NCBI GenBank assembly: GCA_005800815.1
Contig: SYEK01000013.1
Location: 19 to 64,018, forward strand
DNA from: Actinomycetota bacterium
Lineage (GTDB): Bacteria > Actinomycetota > Actinomycetes > Nanopelagicales > Nanopelagicaceae
Direction: 5' to 3'
Length of the DNA stretch: 64,000 nucleotides
The stretch's first letter is position 1. Every line of letters starts with the position of its first letter. Below are positions 27,196 through 38,339 of this stretch, one piece after another. The notes beneath the pieces are model-generated. The model searched no databases and was not told the DNA's origin. It worked only from the letters and a program-made list of their open reading frames with translations. The position numbers were made by a program, and so were the translations under genes.

Positions 27196-28593
27196 TTATC
27201 GCTTGAAGCTAGGTTGCAAAACTCCGATATCCAATATCTGCTCAATCTGAGCAAGAGCCGTCACTAAGAGCGTTTCATCATCTGCCTTTGCCACAACTCC
27301 TAGACCAACGGGTAGGCCCTGAACTATTCCCATGGGAACAGTGCCAATCGGTGTACCTGCAATTGCCGGAGCCATCGTGATCCAACTGTTATCACCGTAA
27401 GCATCACCTTCACCCAATGTACTGATCCAGGCCGGTGAATAGGTAGCACCTATTAACACATCAACATCGGTGAAGCCCTTGGTGAGAGTTCTTTGGGCCC
27501 AGGCTAAGTTGCGTGCACGCTTAACCTTATAAGCGTTGTTACGTCCACCTAGTTTTATAGCCTTATCAAATAACTCTTGTGCGAAGTATTTGAGCTCTGC
27601 CTCTTTATGTGCGCTGTTATAGGCAACGAGTTGGGCCAAGGAGCGCAGTGATGTATCGGCGCGCACGCTCAGATAAGAGCCCATCTCATCGAATAATTCA
27701 TGCAGCAAGACCTCGTACTCATCAGCCCCGACATCCTCTCCGGGTGCCTTAAGAGCAACCTCTACCAATCTCATCCCCGCCTTGGCTAGTTGTGAGAGCA
27801 CAGAGTCAAAGAGAGAATCTGTTGCACTGTGGCCTGTGAGCCATGATCGGACCACACCGACCTTGAGTGCACGCGAGTCATCGCAGGCCGCGACCAGGCC
27901 AGTTGTTGCGCTCATGATCTCCAACAAAATCGCGGCATCTTTGATAGAGCGCGCCATCGGGCCAGGTGCATCTTGGTTGGCACTGATCGGAACGATGCCC
28001 TGTGTGGGGACAAGACCGACTGTGGGCTTGATACCCACGCAACCGTTCAAAGATGCAGGACAGATGATTGAGCCATCAGTCTCAGTACCAACAGCTAATG
28101 TGACTAGCCCTGCAGCGATCGCTGCTCCCGATCCAGATGATGAGCCACCTGCGCTGTGTTTGTGTATCCAAGGATTAGCGGTCAATCCCCCCAGGCCAGA
28201 CCATCCACTCGTTGATGATGAGGATCGAATATTTGCCCACTCAGAGAGATTTGTCGATGCAATGATGTTGGCACCGCCTGCGCGTAATCTGCGTACTAGC
28301 TCGCTATCTGTACTCACCGGGTGATCAAGTAGCGCGGTTGATCCTGCGGTACCGGGCAGACCAATCGCCTCAATATTATCTTTGATCAGAATTGGCAGCC
28401 CTGCAAGGGGTGAATCTAAATCAAAGTTTTTCTCATCTGAGTTTGGGGCAAGTGCAAGAATTGAGTTGAGCTCATAGCCCGTTGCATCGATCTGATTTAT
28501 ACGGTCGAGGGCTTGCTCGGCTAGGAGCGATGGCGTTGTTGCTCCCGAGCGTAAATCATGGATTGAATCAACGGCCGAGCTCATCGCTGTCAT
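27196..28593 (-). CDS. Amidase (amidase-signature family)
   Basis: 465 aa with the GGSSSGSGAAIAAG signature. Confidence 0.85.
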   Translation of the reverse strand: MTAMSSAVDSIHDLRSGATTPSLLAEQALDRINQIDATGYELNSILALAPNSDEKNFDLDSPLAGLPILIKDNIEAIGLPGTAGSTALLDHPVSTDSELVRRLRAGGANIIASTNLSEWANIRSSSSTSGWSGLGGLTANPWIHKHSAGGSSSGSGAAIAAGLVTLAVGTETDGSIICPASLNGCVGIKPTVGLVPTQGIVPISANQDAPGPMARSIKDAAILLEIMSATTGLVAACDDSRALKVGVVRSWLTGHSATDSLFDSVLSQLAKAGMRLVEVALKAPGEDVGADEYEVLLHELFDEMGSYLSVRADTSLRSLAQLVAYNSAHKEAELKYFAQELFDKAIKLGGRNNAYKVKRARNLAWAQRTLTKGFTDVDVLIGATYSPAWISTLGEGDAYGDNSWITMAPAIAGTPIGTVPMGIVQGLPVGLGVVAKADDETLLVTALAQIEQILDIGVLQPSFKR

Positions 28594-28662
28594 ATGGCAA
28601 GGTTAGCCTGAGAGCAATGGGGCTACCAATGCGGATTGGGCCATAACTAGTACATTATCGCA

Positions 28663-30231
28663 GTGAAGAGACTAGTACTCCTACTCATTGGAGCTGCCCT
28701 GCTCGTACAATCTCCTTCGATGGCGGCAAACGATAAGTTCGCCGATGCTCAGACATCCCTGAGTTACACCATCTACAAACCAGGCAAGACCCTAGGTTTG
28801 GGTACAAACAAGTTTGAGTTGATCCCATGTACAGATCAGAACGAGCCATGGCTGTATACAAAATTCGGTGGCTCAGTTCGCTACCTAGAGATCATGCAAA
28901 GCAAAGCTGGGGTCACATGCTCTGATCCAGCTCCATCTAAAGAGCTTCGAGGCATCACAATTAATGGCGCAAAGGCCAAAGTACATGTCTATTGTGATCC
29001 GGCAAAGCCTGCATCATTTGCGAAGTGCACAAGCGCCGATATCACTCGGGTGGGTGGTTACTTAAAATTTACGAATAAGGGTGTGAAAAAACTCTCCCCC
29101 ACCGAGATTCAGGTTCAGGCCTTTGGTGGGATCACATATGCCCAACTCTTGGATGTGGCAAGATCTTTGAAGTCTGTCACTGCTAGTGGCAACACTCTGG
29201 TCGCGCCTTACTCATCAGATGTAATCCTTGCAACTCCTGCCTATGTGCCCAGTCCACCGGCAGGAGGAAGCGATGAGTATCGCTGTTTCTTACTCGATCC
29301 AGAGTTCACAGTGGATTCATACCTACAGTCGGTGAGGATCACTCCAGATAATTTGAAGCTCTCACACCACGGCATTCTCTACAAAGTACCGGCGGCTAGT
29401 GTCGAGGCAACCAAATTAGTCGACACACAAGCACCTGGTCTTGGATGGCCATGCTTTGGTGATACCGGTATCCCCGGAGCAGGTGCTTTCTCTGCCGCCT
29501 CTGCATCGAGTTGGATCTCCTTTTGGGCTCCTGGAGGAAATTTCAGGGCCTATCCAGTGGGTGTAGGGATGAAGATTGCAACGGGTGATCAATTTGTTCT
29601 GCAGGCCCACTTTCACACGAGTAGCCAGACAAGCGCCCAAGACACGAAGGCATCGATGCAGGTCACCCTCAAACTTGCCTCATCTGCAGTGAGTGAGTTA
29701 AAGACGCTTCTTGTTGCAGCACCGATCGAGATCGCTTGCGCGCCCAATGAGTCAGGACCTTTGTGTGTGCGCTCTGCTGCACTACTTGATCTGGCCAATC
29801 GCACCTCGGCAAAGGCGGCGTTCCAAGAGACAGGCCTGCTCTTAATATGCGGCAAAGATCCCATCAGACCTGTGCCGAGCCCCATCTCAGATTGCTCGAA
29901 TACTCTGCGCTCGCCTATGAAGATATATGGGGCAACTGGTCATATGCATCAGCTCGGAAGATCCATCACCATCACTCACCAGAGTGCGTTGACTTCAAAG
30001 GTAACTACTCTCTCGACTCGGCCTATATGGGACTTTGATAATCAAAGTACCGATTGGCAAAGCCAGCCCATCCAGGCGATGCCCGGTGATAGTGTGAAAG
30101 TGAGTTGTTCCTTTGATATCGGACTGCGTGCGCGCCTGCCAGAGTTTAAGAACCTCTCCCCTAATTACGTGGTCTGGGGTGAGGGAACGCGTGATGAGAT
30201 GTGCCTTGCCATTATCAACTACACCGATTGA
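28663..30231 (+). CDS. Secreted copper type-II ascorbate-dependent monooxygenase-like protein (PHM/DBH fold) with an unassigned ~200-aa N-terminal domain
   Basis: 522 aa, GTG start, signal peptide ...SPSMAAN. CuH-type ligands LSHHGILY and LQAHFH. CuM-type ligands GHMHQLG and RDEMCLAIINY. Confidence 0.75.
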   Translation: MKRLVLLLIGAALLVQSPSMAANDKFADAQTSLSYTIYKPGKTLGLGTNKFELIPCTDQNEPWLYTKFGGSVRYLEIMQSKAGVTCSDPAPSKELRGITINGAKAKVHVYCDPAKPASFAKCTSADITRVGGYLKFTNKGVKKLSPTEIQVQAFGGITYAQLLDVARSLKSVTASGNTLVAPYSSDVILATPAYVPSPPAGGSDEYRCFLLDPEFTVDSYLQSVRITPDNLKLSHHGILYKVPAASVEATKLVDTQAPGLGWPCFGDTGIPGAGAFSAASASSWISFWAPGGNFRAYPVGVGMKIATGDQFVLQAHFHTSSQTSAQDTKASMQVTLKLASSAVSELKTLLVAAPIEIACAPNESGPLCVRSAALLDLANRTSAKAAFQETGLLLICGKDPIRPVPSPISDCSNTLRSPMKIYGATGHMHQLGRSITITHQSALTSKVTTLSTRPIWDFDNQSTDWQSQPIQAMPGDSVKVSCSFDIGLRARLPEFKNLSPNYVVWGEGTRDEMCLAIINYTD

Positions 30232-30237
30232 GAGCCA

Positions 30238-31722
30238 CTATTTCTTAGGGTGGGCCACAAACCAATCCAGGACCTGTGATGCAAAGTTCTCATCTAACTC
30301 TGGATTGTGTGCTCCGCCATTGATACTCCAGAGTTCGACTGAACTACTAGGACATGAGTAAGTAGATGCAACGCTCTCTGTGCCAGCAATACTCATCACC
30401 AAATCAAATTCTTTTCCATTAACTGGATTCATCACACATTTATCTATCTCAGCCCAGCGCTGGACACTTTGAACTGCGCTGGTATAAGAGTTTTGGAGTA
30501 GATTTCCACCGCTATAGCTGATGACCCCATCGGCCATCCCATGGATGTGCAGGATATTGAGGGCAGATTTGGCTGAACATGAGTCTGGGTCGATATCCAT
30601 CGCACCTGCAAGACCTGCAATTGCAGCGAGTGTTTGTGGATACATACAGGCGAAGGCATAGCTCATGAAATGGCCATTGGAGTGTCCAAAGAGATAGATA
30701 CGTTTGGAATCTACCGATGAACGCTCTGAGATCTCCTCGATCAAGGATTTGATGTAGGCGATATCATCGACTGGATTGGCATTGAAGTTACAGCAGGCCA
30801 CAGATGCATTCCAGAATTGATTGCCTTGGCTATCTTTGAGGCCATCAGGGGCTGCATAGATGAACCCTTGCCCATAAGCAGCTCTCTGTAAAAAAGTAAA
30901 TTTACTCTGACTGGTGCTATCACCGCTATAGCCATGAAGATCGATAAGAAGTGGGGCTGGGCTCTGTGCTGAAAAAGCAGCAGGTAGGACAACAGTGACT
31001 GGACGGTCACCACCTGCAATAAATGTTGCACTTGATTCAAATTCAATTGAGCTAAGATCTTTGCTTACTGGGCTGTTCATGAAAACTAGAGCAGCGGTAA
31101 TAACAAGTACAAGTGCAATGACAGTTGACTTTGCCGCACCCATGCGCTGAGGAAGCCCTGCGATGTTGCTCTCTCGGTCTGCCTTGAGATCTTTCAGTAC
31201 GTTGGCAAAGTGAAAGGCGATGCCAAGTAGAGACCCGGCCATCAATACCCAAGCAGGTGGTGTGCGATTGGTTGCAAAGAAGATACTTGCAGGAAGAGCT
31301 GCGCATGCGATCGCATAAGGCAGTGGTGACAGAGGTGAGAACTTGAAGTAGAAGTTATATGCGATCCCACAGCCGACTCCGAGCAGATAGACCGCACCAC
31401 CTTTAAGGCCCAGGGGGCCCAGTAAGTTAGCGATAATGGCGATAGGTAGGAGGATGAAAGTGGCCCTGCGTAGTTGGGCCGTGGAGATCGTTGCAGCAAC
31501 TAATGGTTTATTGCCTCTTGCGTGTTTGAGATCATCCTTAAAGTCATAGAGATCATTGCTCCATCCGATGATTAACTGGCCCAGAAAGACGGTGAAGGCG
31601 ATGAGATATGCAGGTCCTTGCCACCACAGCCGCGTGGCCAGTACGAATGAGATCGTGGTGATAAGCATGGTGGGGCCAAAGTGAGCCGCCTTTGCATAGG
31701 CACCGAGGCCTTTGAGAGACAT
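30238..31722 (-). CDS. Fusion protein: UbiA-family prenyltransferase (N-terminal, polytopic) plus LpqC/PHB-depolymerase-type esterase (C-terminal)
   Basis: 494 aa. SNDLYDFKDD (NDxxDxxxD) and KDLKADRE motifs across about 8 TM helices. This is followed by an alpha/beta-hydrolase domain with LFGHSNGHFMS (GxSxG) and HIHGMADG. Confidence 0.7.
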   Translation of the reverse strand: MSLKGLGAYAKAAHFGPTMLITTISFVLATRLWWQGPAYLIAFTVFLGQLIIGWSNDLYDFKDDLKHARGNKPLVAATISTAQLRRATFILLPIAIIANLLGPLGLKGGAVYLLGVGCGIAYNFYFKFSPLSPLPYAIACAALPASIFFATNRTPPAWVLMAGSLLGIAFHFANVLKDLKADRESNIAGLPQRMGAAKSTVIALVLVITAALVFMNSPVSKDLSSIEFESSATFIAGGDRPVTVVLPAAFSAQSPAPLLIDLHGYSGDSTSQSKFTFLQRAAYGQGFIYAAPDGLKDSQGNQFWNASVACCNFNANPVDDIAYIKSLIEEISERSSVDSKRIYLFGHSNGHFMSYAFACMYPQTLAAIAGLAGAMDIDPDSCSAKSALNILHIHGMADGVISYSGGNLLQNSYTSAVQSVQRWAEIDKCVMNPVNGKEFDLVMSIAGTESVASTYSCPSSSVELWSINGGAHNPELDENFASQVLDWFVAHPKK

Positions 31723-31738
31723 ATGAGATGAGCCGAAT

Positions 31739-33622
31739 TTATGGAGCTACATCCATGGCAGGAGTACGCCGAAAGAATCCACTGGGCTTGAGGTGAAAGC
31801 CCGTGCGCTCAACTGGCATGACAGGCCAATCTTCGGTGCGTGGAATGTGATTGGTCCCAAATACATACCACATCACAACATCGGTATTTTCGATTGGACG
31901 ATCCCTCTTCGTCCACTCAGGTAGGCCCGCCCCGCCCTCATGTTGGAATGGGTAATCCCCTGCCGGATAGCGCTCTGCATCGACATTCGCTGTCACCCAT
32001 AGGTGGCTGTACATAAAGCCGGCGCGCTTTCCCAATACCGACTCTGGATGGGCCAATGGATATGTGGTGTGACCAGGAATCAATTTATATCCGACGCTAT
32101 GCCCCACATGGTTTTGCTTATTTGGATTGATGATCTTCCAAAATCTGCTCGTGATTGGATTTATAAGCCGCTGTGCCATACTCTCACTCTTAAATACGCT
32201 CTCTGAGGTCTCATAGGCTCCCCCATATGGATTTTTCTCACCCATAGGATGGGCAAAGGACTCAATCTCAACGACCGTGTTGTTTGGACCATCGATATCT
32301 AAATCCATGCGCGCACATAAAATATGTTGGTGATAGGGCGCCCATAATCCCGGCTCTATCTCTGTGGCAGATGGATGATGGGCACCTGGTGTATCGGCCA
32401 AGGTCAAGATGATTCCCGTCAACTTTGCCTCAAACTCTATGGATCCATCCTGGTAGAAATACCAGAAATATCCATATTCATAGTTGTTGATAGTCACGAT
32501 CGAGGATGCGACAAAGCGGCGTCCTCTTCGCACTTCAACATGTCCATCTGCATCGACATGCTTCCACAGGATGCCAACATCCTCTTCATGCACACAGATA
32601 GCGTTTTTGATACTGCGCACAGTGCCATCACCCTCGGTGACTGCCGTATCTAAATACAGGATCTCACCCAGGCAATCACAGCCAAGGGTCAGGGAGTTGG
32701 TGAAATTACCGAGACCATACTCACCTGTATCGAAGGCATTCTTTCGATAGGCACCCTGGGCTCGATCCCCATAGGGGATGACGAGTTCGGCGATCGACAA
32801 ACGGTGGGCGATCTTGCGAGATACTCCCTGATCATTGAAATGCACATCGTGGATGAGTAGTCCCTCGCGCTGATCAAAGCCGATACGAAAGCTCCATCTC
32901 TCCCATGTGAACTTCCAGCCCTGTCTCTGAAAGGATGCACCCTCAGGTTGGTGGATCATCAACTCTTTCAACTCGATAGTGGCCCCTGTCTGGGATTGGC
33001 GATAGGGACCGGGAGTCTGTGGAATGGGGACATCGTCGTTATCTTCCAGAGCAACGACCTCTTCAGCATCTAGATCAACTATGGCATGCAGGCCATTGAT
33101 GGGATGTGCGTAAAAATTCGCCTTTGGTGTGGGTGTGTGCCACATGGGTGTCCAAATCAAACGTCGACCATCATCTAGATATCGTGGGATCTGTGCGCCT
33201 ATTGGCCAGGTCTCCATGTGCACACTCATGATGTCGAAGATCCCTCTGCGAGCTAAAGCATCCTTGACCGATTGATCCCTGCGAACGACATCTAATGCGA
33301 TTGCCGACTCGATGACAGTGACCGGCGCCTTGGCACCTGCAATCTCTCGATAATCCTTGACGTGGCCTTGGGTGGTGATCAGCCCTTCAGTGACCAGAGC
33401 CTTCTTGCGATCCCATAGAGTGATGCGTGCGGTGCGATCCAATCTCTTATCTGATGCAAGCTCGCTTTTTGTAGGCTCATGCAGCTGCACCATGGCAAAG
33501 ATGTGGTGCTCACTGAGATTCCAGGCCGCTCGGGCATGGGCCACGATTAACTCCTGTTCTTGGTGGCTGAGCGGATCTAATGGATGAATCTCTGACATTT
33601 GCCGAGTATAGGGGTGGCTCAT
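31739..33622 (-). CDS. Copper-containing primary amine oxidase (topaquinone enzyme)
   Basis: 627 aa. HPLDPLS N-terminus, TPQ consensus TINNYEYG, His copper ligands (YHQHIL...). Confidence 0.9.
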   Translation of the reverse strand: MSHPYTRQMSEIHPLDPLSHQEQELIVAHARAAWNLSEHHIFAMVQLHEPTKSELASDKRLDRTARITLWDRKKALVTEGLITTQGHVKDYREIAGAKAPVTVIESAIALDVVRRDQSVKDALARRGIFDIMSVHMETWPIGAQIPRYLDDGRRLIWTPMWHTPTPKANFYAHPINGLHAIVDLDAEEVVALEDNDDVPIPQTPGPYRQSQTGATIELKELMIHQPEGASFQRQGWKFTWERWSFRIGFDQREGLLIHDVHFNDQGVSRKIAHRLSIAELVIPYGDRAQGAYRKNAFDTGEYGLGNFTNSLTLGCDCLGEILYLDTAVTEGDGTVRSIKNAICVHEEDVGILWKHVDADGHVEVRRGRRFVASSIVTINNYEYGYFWYFYQDGSIEFEAKLTGIILTLADTPGAHHPSATEIEPGLWAPYHQHILCARMDLDIDGPNNTVVEIESFAHPMGEKNPYGGAYETSESVFKSESMAQRLINPITSRFWKIINPNKQNHVGHSVGYKLIPGHTTYPLAHPESVLGKRAGFMYSHLWVTANVDAERYPAGDYPFQHEGGAGLPEWTKRDRPIENTDVVMWYVFGTNHIPRTEDWPVMPVERTGFHLKPSGFFRRTPAMDVAP

Positions 33623-35287
33623 TTACTTTGCATGGCGATAGAATTCAGTCCTTTGTGGTGCTAGAGGCGTATTTCCTAAGATGAGATCTGCAGCTTTCTC
33701 AGCGACCATCATCACCGGTGCATATATATTTCCATTGGGCACATAAGGAAAGACTGATGCATCACAGATACGAAGACCATCAACGCCATACACCTTCATC
33801 GTTTCCGGATCCACCACAGACATCGCATCGCTACCCATCTTGGCTGTGCAGGATGGGTGCAGCGCAGTTTCGGCATCCTTGCGCACCCACTCCAGAATCT
33901 GCTCATCACTTGCAACGGATGCACCAGGAGATGACTCACCAGCGTTGTAATCACTCATAGCGGGCTGGGTCAAGATGGTTCGTGCAGTTTTCACAGCCTC
34001 AACCCACTCGCGGCGATCCTGGTCGGTAGATAAGTAATTGAATTGAATCGCCGGTTTTTCAAAGGGATCTGCGCTCCTTATCTTCAACCAACCACGAGAA
34101 TCAGAGTACATAGGACCGACGTGGACTTGATAGCCATGTCCACGAGTATCACCTGTGCCGTCATAGCGGATGGCCAGAGGCAGGAAGTGAAACATCAAAT
34201 TGGGATAGGCGACATCATCATTGCTCCTTGTGAAACCCCCAGCCTCAAATTGATTGGTGGCACCTGGGCCCCTGCGAAAGAAGAGCCAGGCAGCTCCGAT
34301 AAATGGCCGGCGCCAGAGCTGTGTGATCGGTTGCTGTGTCACCGGCTGTTTACACTTGTACTGGACATAGACCTCGAGGTGGTCTTGGAGATTTGCGCCA
34401 ACTCCAGGCAGATGATGCACCATCTTGATCCCAAGTGGGGCAAGATCCCTCTCATTTCCAATTCCCGATAACTGCAAAATCTGTGGCGTATTGAAGGCGC
34501 CCCCACAGAGTATGACTTCACGTGAATAGAAGATGTGCTTCTTGCCTCTAATCATGGCCTCAACTCCCGTTGCAGTTGTGCCATCAAATAAGACTTTCGT
34601 GACATGAGCACGTGTCTTCACGCTCAAGTTGGCGCGTTTGATCACTGGATAGAGATATGCGCGAGCAGCACTCAAGCGCCGGCCGCGGTAGAGATTTCGA
34701 TCAAAGGCGGCAAAGCCCTCTTGGCGATAGCCATTGACATCATCTGTGCGTTCATAACCAGCCTGTTCGGTTGCTTTGAAGAAGGCTGCAAACAAAGGGC
34801 CCTTGACTGGTCCACGCTCCAGCTTGAGCGGGCCACTGTTTCCACGAAAGACACTGCTCTGATCTGCCAAACAGTTCTCCATCTTTTTAAAGTAGGGCAG
34901 GCAGTGTGCAAAATCCCAACTACTCATCCCCTCATCCTTTGACCATCGCTCATAATCCAAGGGGTTACCGCGTTGCCAAATCTGTCCATTAATCGATGAG
35001 GAGCCACCTAGGACTTTGCCGCGTGCATGATAGATCCGGCGATTATTCATATGTGGCTCGGGCTCAGACTCATACTTCCAGTCATAGAACCTGCTGCCGA
35101 TTGGAAAGGCCAAGGCCGCAGGCATATGGATGAACACATCCCACTTGTAATCCGGGCGACCTGCCTCAAGAACTAATACTTGATGCGCAGGGTTCTGACT
35201 CAATCGATTAGCCAGAGCGCTCCCGGCTGAGCCACCACCAACAATGATGTAGTCATACCGCTTGTTCATGCCCGAAATACTACTCAA
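33623..35287 (-). CDS. betA: Choline dehydrogenase (GMC oxidoreductase)
   Basis: 554 aa. [33 protein letters not shown]-terminal HPSCTAKMG. Context with betaine aldehyde dehydrogenase and a betaine/choline transporter. Confidence 0.85.
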   Translation of the reverse strand: MSSISGMNKRYDYIIVGGGSAGSALANRLSQNPAHQVLVLEAGRPDYKWDVFIHMPAALAFPIGSRFYDWKYESEPEPHMNNRRIYHARGKVLGGSSSINGQIWQRGNPLDYERWSKDEGMSSWDFAHCLPYFKKMENCLADQSSVFRGNSGPLKLERGPVKGPLFAAFFKATEQAGYERTDDVNGYRQEGFAAFDRNLYRGRRLSAARAYLYPVIKRANLSVKTRAHVTKVLFDGTTATGVEAMIRGKKHIFYSREVILCGGAFNTPQILQLSGIGNERDLAPLGIKMVHHLPGVGANLQDHLEVYVQYKCKQPVTQQPITQLWRRPFIGAAWLFFRRGPGATNQFEAGGFTRSNDDVAYPNLMFHFLPLAIRYDGTGDTRGHGYQVHVGPMYSDSRGWLKIRSADPFEKPAIQFNYLSTDQDRREWVEAVKTARTILTQPAMSDYNAGESSPGASVASDEQILEWVRKDAETALHPSCTAKMGSDAMSVVDPETMKVYGVDGLRICDASVFPYVPNGNIYAPVMMVAEKAADLILGNTPLAPQRTEFYRHAK

Positions 35288-35349
35288 TAAGTAACGCCCT
35301 TACCCAGTGGTTTCTCACCGGGTAAGGGCGTTATTTGATTACTAATTAA

Positions 35350-36312
35350 TTACTTGCCGAGCCAGGCTTTGACTTGATCGGCATGGGCATCAATCCACTT
35401 CTGGGCCGCTGCCTCTGGTGTTGTTCCGTTTTCAATGTCAAGAGCAACCATGTTCTGATCATCATTTGTCCACTTGAAGTTCTTGATCAAAGTCGTAAAT
35501 GATGAATTACTATCATTTAACTTCTTAGAGATTAACTTGATCAGTGGAGTCGATGGATAATCAGTGAGTCCACTAGCTTGGGCTGCATCGGTCCAATCAT
35601 TTGCAGGGAACTTGACATGTCCCTTCTCAAGATTGGGCATCTTGGCGTGAAGAGTCCATGGCTGCCAGGCATAACCAATAAATGGCGTCTTATTAGCCTC
35701 AGCCTTGGTGAAACCATCGATGAGAGCGACCTCTGAACCTGCGAAGATGACCTTGAAGTTCAACTTGTTAGCAGAGACCATCTTTTCACCGATTGTTGTG
35801 TATCCCGGAGGACCTTCATACCAGGCGCCCTTACCACCTGAATCTGCGTTCTTAAAGAGATCGGCATACTTTCCAAGGTTCTTGGAGTCGACGATATCTG
35901 GATACTTCTCGACCATCCACGGTGCAACATAGACGCCGATGAGGCCAACGTTTCCACCATCTCCGACATCAATGACAGCGCCTCTATCACTCCACTCTTT
36001 CCAACGTCCACCGCCCCAATCTTCGATGAGCACATCGATTGTTCCGGCCTCCATGGCATCATAAGTAATCGGACCTTCATCCAATGTGGTCTGAGTGATC
36101 GTGCAACCTAACTCCTTCTTAGCAATCTCGGCAACTACCTGTGCCGATGCTGTGTAACCATTCCATGCATGCATGGCAATTGCCCAGGATCCGCAGTCGC
36201 CCGATGCCTCGCCGGCAGAGTCATTAACACTGCTGCTGCACCCTGAAACAACCAAGGCAGCTGCGATAACAGCACTAAGTACTGCAGAGCTAGGCCTAAA
36301 TAATGACTTCAT
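35350..36312 (-). CDS. proX: Glycine betaine/choline ABC transporter substrate-binding lipoprotein
   Basis: 320 aa with lipobox VSGC. OpuAC/ProX-type sequence with an aromatic-box Trp-rich region. Confidence 0.8.
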   Translation of the reverse strand: MKSLFRPSSAVLSAVIAAALVVSGCSSSVNDSAGEASGDCGSWAIAMHAWNGYTASAQVVAEIAKKELGCTITQTTLDEGPITYDAMEAGTIDVLIEDWGGGRWKEWSDRGAVIDVGDGGNVGLIGVYVAPWMVEKYPDIVDSKNLGKYADLFKNADSGGKGAWYEGPPGYTTIGEKMVSANKLNFKVIFAGSEVALIDGFTKAEANKTPFIGYAWQPWTLHAKMPNLEKGHVKFPANDWTDAAQASGLTDYPSTPLIKLISKKLNDSNSSFTTLIKNFKWTNDDQNMVALDIENGTTPEAAAQKWIDAHADQVKAWLGK

Positions 36313-36407
36313 TAACCCTCCTCAGAGTTTGAATTTGACCTTAGCCTAGGGTGTAAACCGAGTTCGAGGTAGATGGCGCAGGGTTCAAGGGCCACTTTTT
36401 CCCTGGC

Positions 36408-38339
36408 TTAACTGGAGCGATGGGCCCTGGCCTGCATGATCCGATCAAAAATTACCCCCAGAAGCAGGATGCAGGCACCGGCTATGAGGCCCTTTCCCTG
36501 GAGCTCTGGCTTTGAATTTCCCACGATCACCAGATAGCCCAACCCGCCTCCACCTACAAAACCACCGATAACCACGACGGAGAGCACATAGATTAGACCT
36601 TGATTGGTCGCCAGCACGATAGTTTTCCTGGCTGCCGGCAGTTGAACCTTCGTGATGATCTGTCGAGTCGTCGATCCCGCTGCAGTTGCCGCCTCAATAA
36701 GTGTTGGCGGTACCGCGCGAATCCCCTCACTCACAAGCTTGACGACAACAGGGGTTGCATAGATGACGCCGGTAAGGATTGCAGTAAATCGAGTGGGACC
36801 AAAAAGTCCCAAGATCGGCACGAGATATACGAAGGCTGGAAGGGTCTGAGCAGCATCTAAGAGGGGCCGTAAAGAGCGCTGCGCCCTATCACTGCGCCCC
36901 ACCCAGATTCCCAGTGCCATTCCAAAGATCATCGTAAGTAAAGTGCCGACAATGGTTTGGGTCAGGGTCAGCATCGCCTCAAACCAGAGACCTGAAAGGA
37001 CGATACACATGGCCAACACACCGGCGAGAACTCCTGTGCGCACTCCACCCATTACTAGAGCCAGACAAATGATCATCGAGACCGTCAAATACCAGGGAGA
37101 TTGAGAGAGAATAGTCTCCAGAGGGTTAAGAATCGAGTATGAGATCAGATCTTTCAATCCATCGGTAAAGATAAAGAGATTACCTAATATCCAAGCCGTT
37201 ACATTATTGGTCAGCTCTTGGACTTGTCGGGCAACCATGAACTCTTGAGGCCAGATAGCGGCCCAAAGAAGGGTGCGGGAGATCACGACACTTATAATCG
37301 CAAGGACTCCTGCGATCACTAAGGTCAGGCGCTTTCGCTTTATATCCTGGGCCGTTGGGGGGATAAATGACTCTTGACGCTTTGCCGCCGCACTCGTGCT
37401 GCGATCCATCAAAATTGCCAGGAAAACCACGGCAATTCCAGCTACAAAGCCTTGGCCTACGTTTCGAATAATAAGTGCTGAGACCACCGGGTTGCCAAGT
37501 CCAGGGGCCCCAATAAGGGCTGCGATAACCACAAAGGAGAGAGCGGCCATCACCGTTTGATTGATCCCAACGACGATCATCTGCTTTGCCATGGGCACCT
37601 GTACTTTTCGCAGCGTCTGGCTTGAGCTCGAACCCATGGAGACAGATGCCTCTACAGGTGCAGGATTGAGAGTTCTGATGGCATGGGAAGTGATGCGTAT
37701 ACAGATTGGAATCGCATAAATCATCGTCGCAATCGTCGCCGATGCCGCTCCAATCATGAACACGAGTGCGATTGGTGCCATATAGACAAGCGTGGGTAAA
37801 ATCTGAGCGAGATCTAAAAATGGAGTCATCACTTTCAATGCACGATCAGATAGCCCTGCCCAAATACCCAAAGGCAGACCAAAGGCCAATGAGAGCAGGA
37901 CCGCTGCAAGAGTAAGGGCGATCGAATCCATCGTGAACTGCCACATACCCAATGCTCCGCAACCCAGAAGAAGACAGACAGATAAAAGAGCGGTCTGCCA
38001 CTGGCTTGTCGCAAAGACTACGAAGGCGACTATCCCCACAACGCCAAGCCAGCCAATGATTGGTATAACCGAATTGGGGGCTGGAACAGCGATGAGATCT
38101 CTTATGGCTTGGACAAAACCATCAATCACTCCACGGATAGGATTGAAAAAATAGATGAAGACTGTACTCTCCGTGCGATTACCCCGGATCGATAAGGCCC
38201 TCTCTCCAACAAAGGATGTAAAAGAGGTGTTCTCATAGGTGGCGATTTGTAATGTATGCCTGCCATTGAGAATGCGAGCCAAGAAAATCCAGAGTACTAC
38301 CGAACCCAAAAGTAGATAGGATTTTCTAACACGCATCAA
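36408..38339 (-). CDS. proW: Glycine betaine/choline ABC transporter permease (tandem fused ProW/OpuAB domains)
   Basis: 643 aa containing two BPD-type permease modules. Confidence 0.85.
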   Translation of the reverse strand: MMRVRKSYLLLGSVVLWIFLARILNGRHTLQIATYENTSFTSFVGERALSIRGNRTESTVFIYFFNPIRGVIDGFVQAIRDLIAVPAPNSVIPIIGWLGVVGIVAFVVFATSQWQTALLSVCLLLGCGALGMWQFTMDSIALTLAAVLLSLAFGLPLGIWAGLSDRALKVMTPFLDLAQILPTLVYMAPIALVFMIGAASATIATMIYAIPICIRITSHAIRTLNPAPVEASVSMGSSSSQTLRKVQVPMAKQMIVVGINQTVMAALSFVVIAALIGAPGLGNPVVSALIIRNVGQGFVAGIAVVFLAILMDRSTSAAAKRQESFIPPTAQDIKRKRLTLVIAGVLAIISVVISRTLLWAAIWPQEFMVARQVQELTNNVTAWILGNLFIFTDGLKDLISYSILNPLETILSQSPWYLTVSMIICLALVMGGVRTGVLAGVLAMCIVLSGLWFEAMLTLTQTIVGTLLTMIFGMALGIWVGRSDRAQRSLRPLLDAAQTLPAFVYLVPILGLFGPTRFTAILTGVIYATPVVVKLVSEGIRAVPPTLIEAATAAGSTTRQIITKVQLPAARKTIVLATNQGLIYVLSVVVIGGFVGGGGLGYLVIVGNSKPELQGKGLIAGACILLLGVIFDRIMQARAHRSS

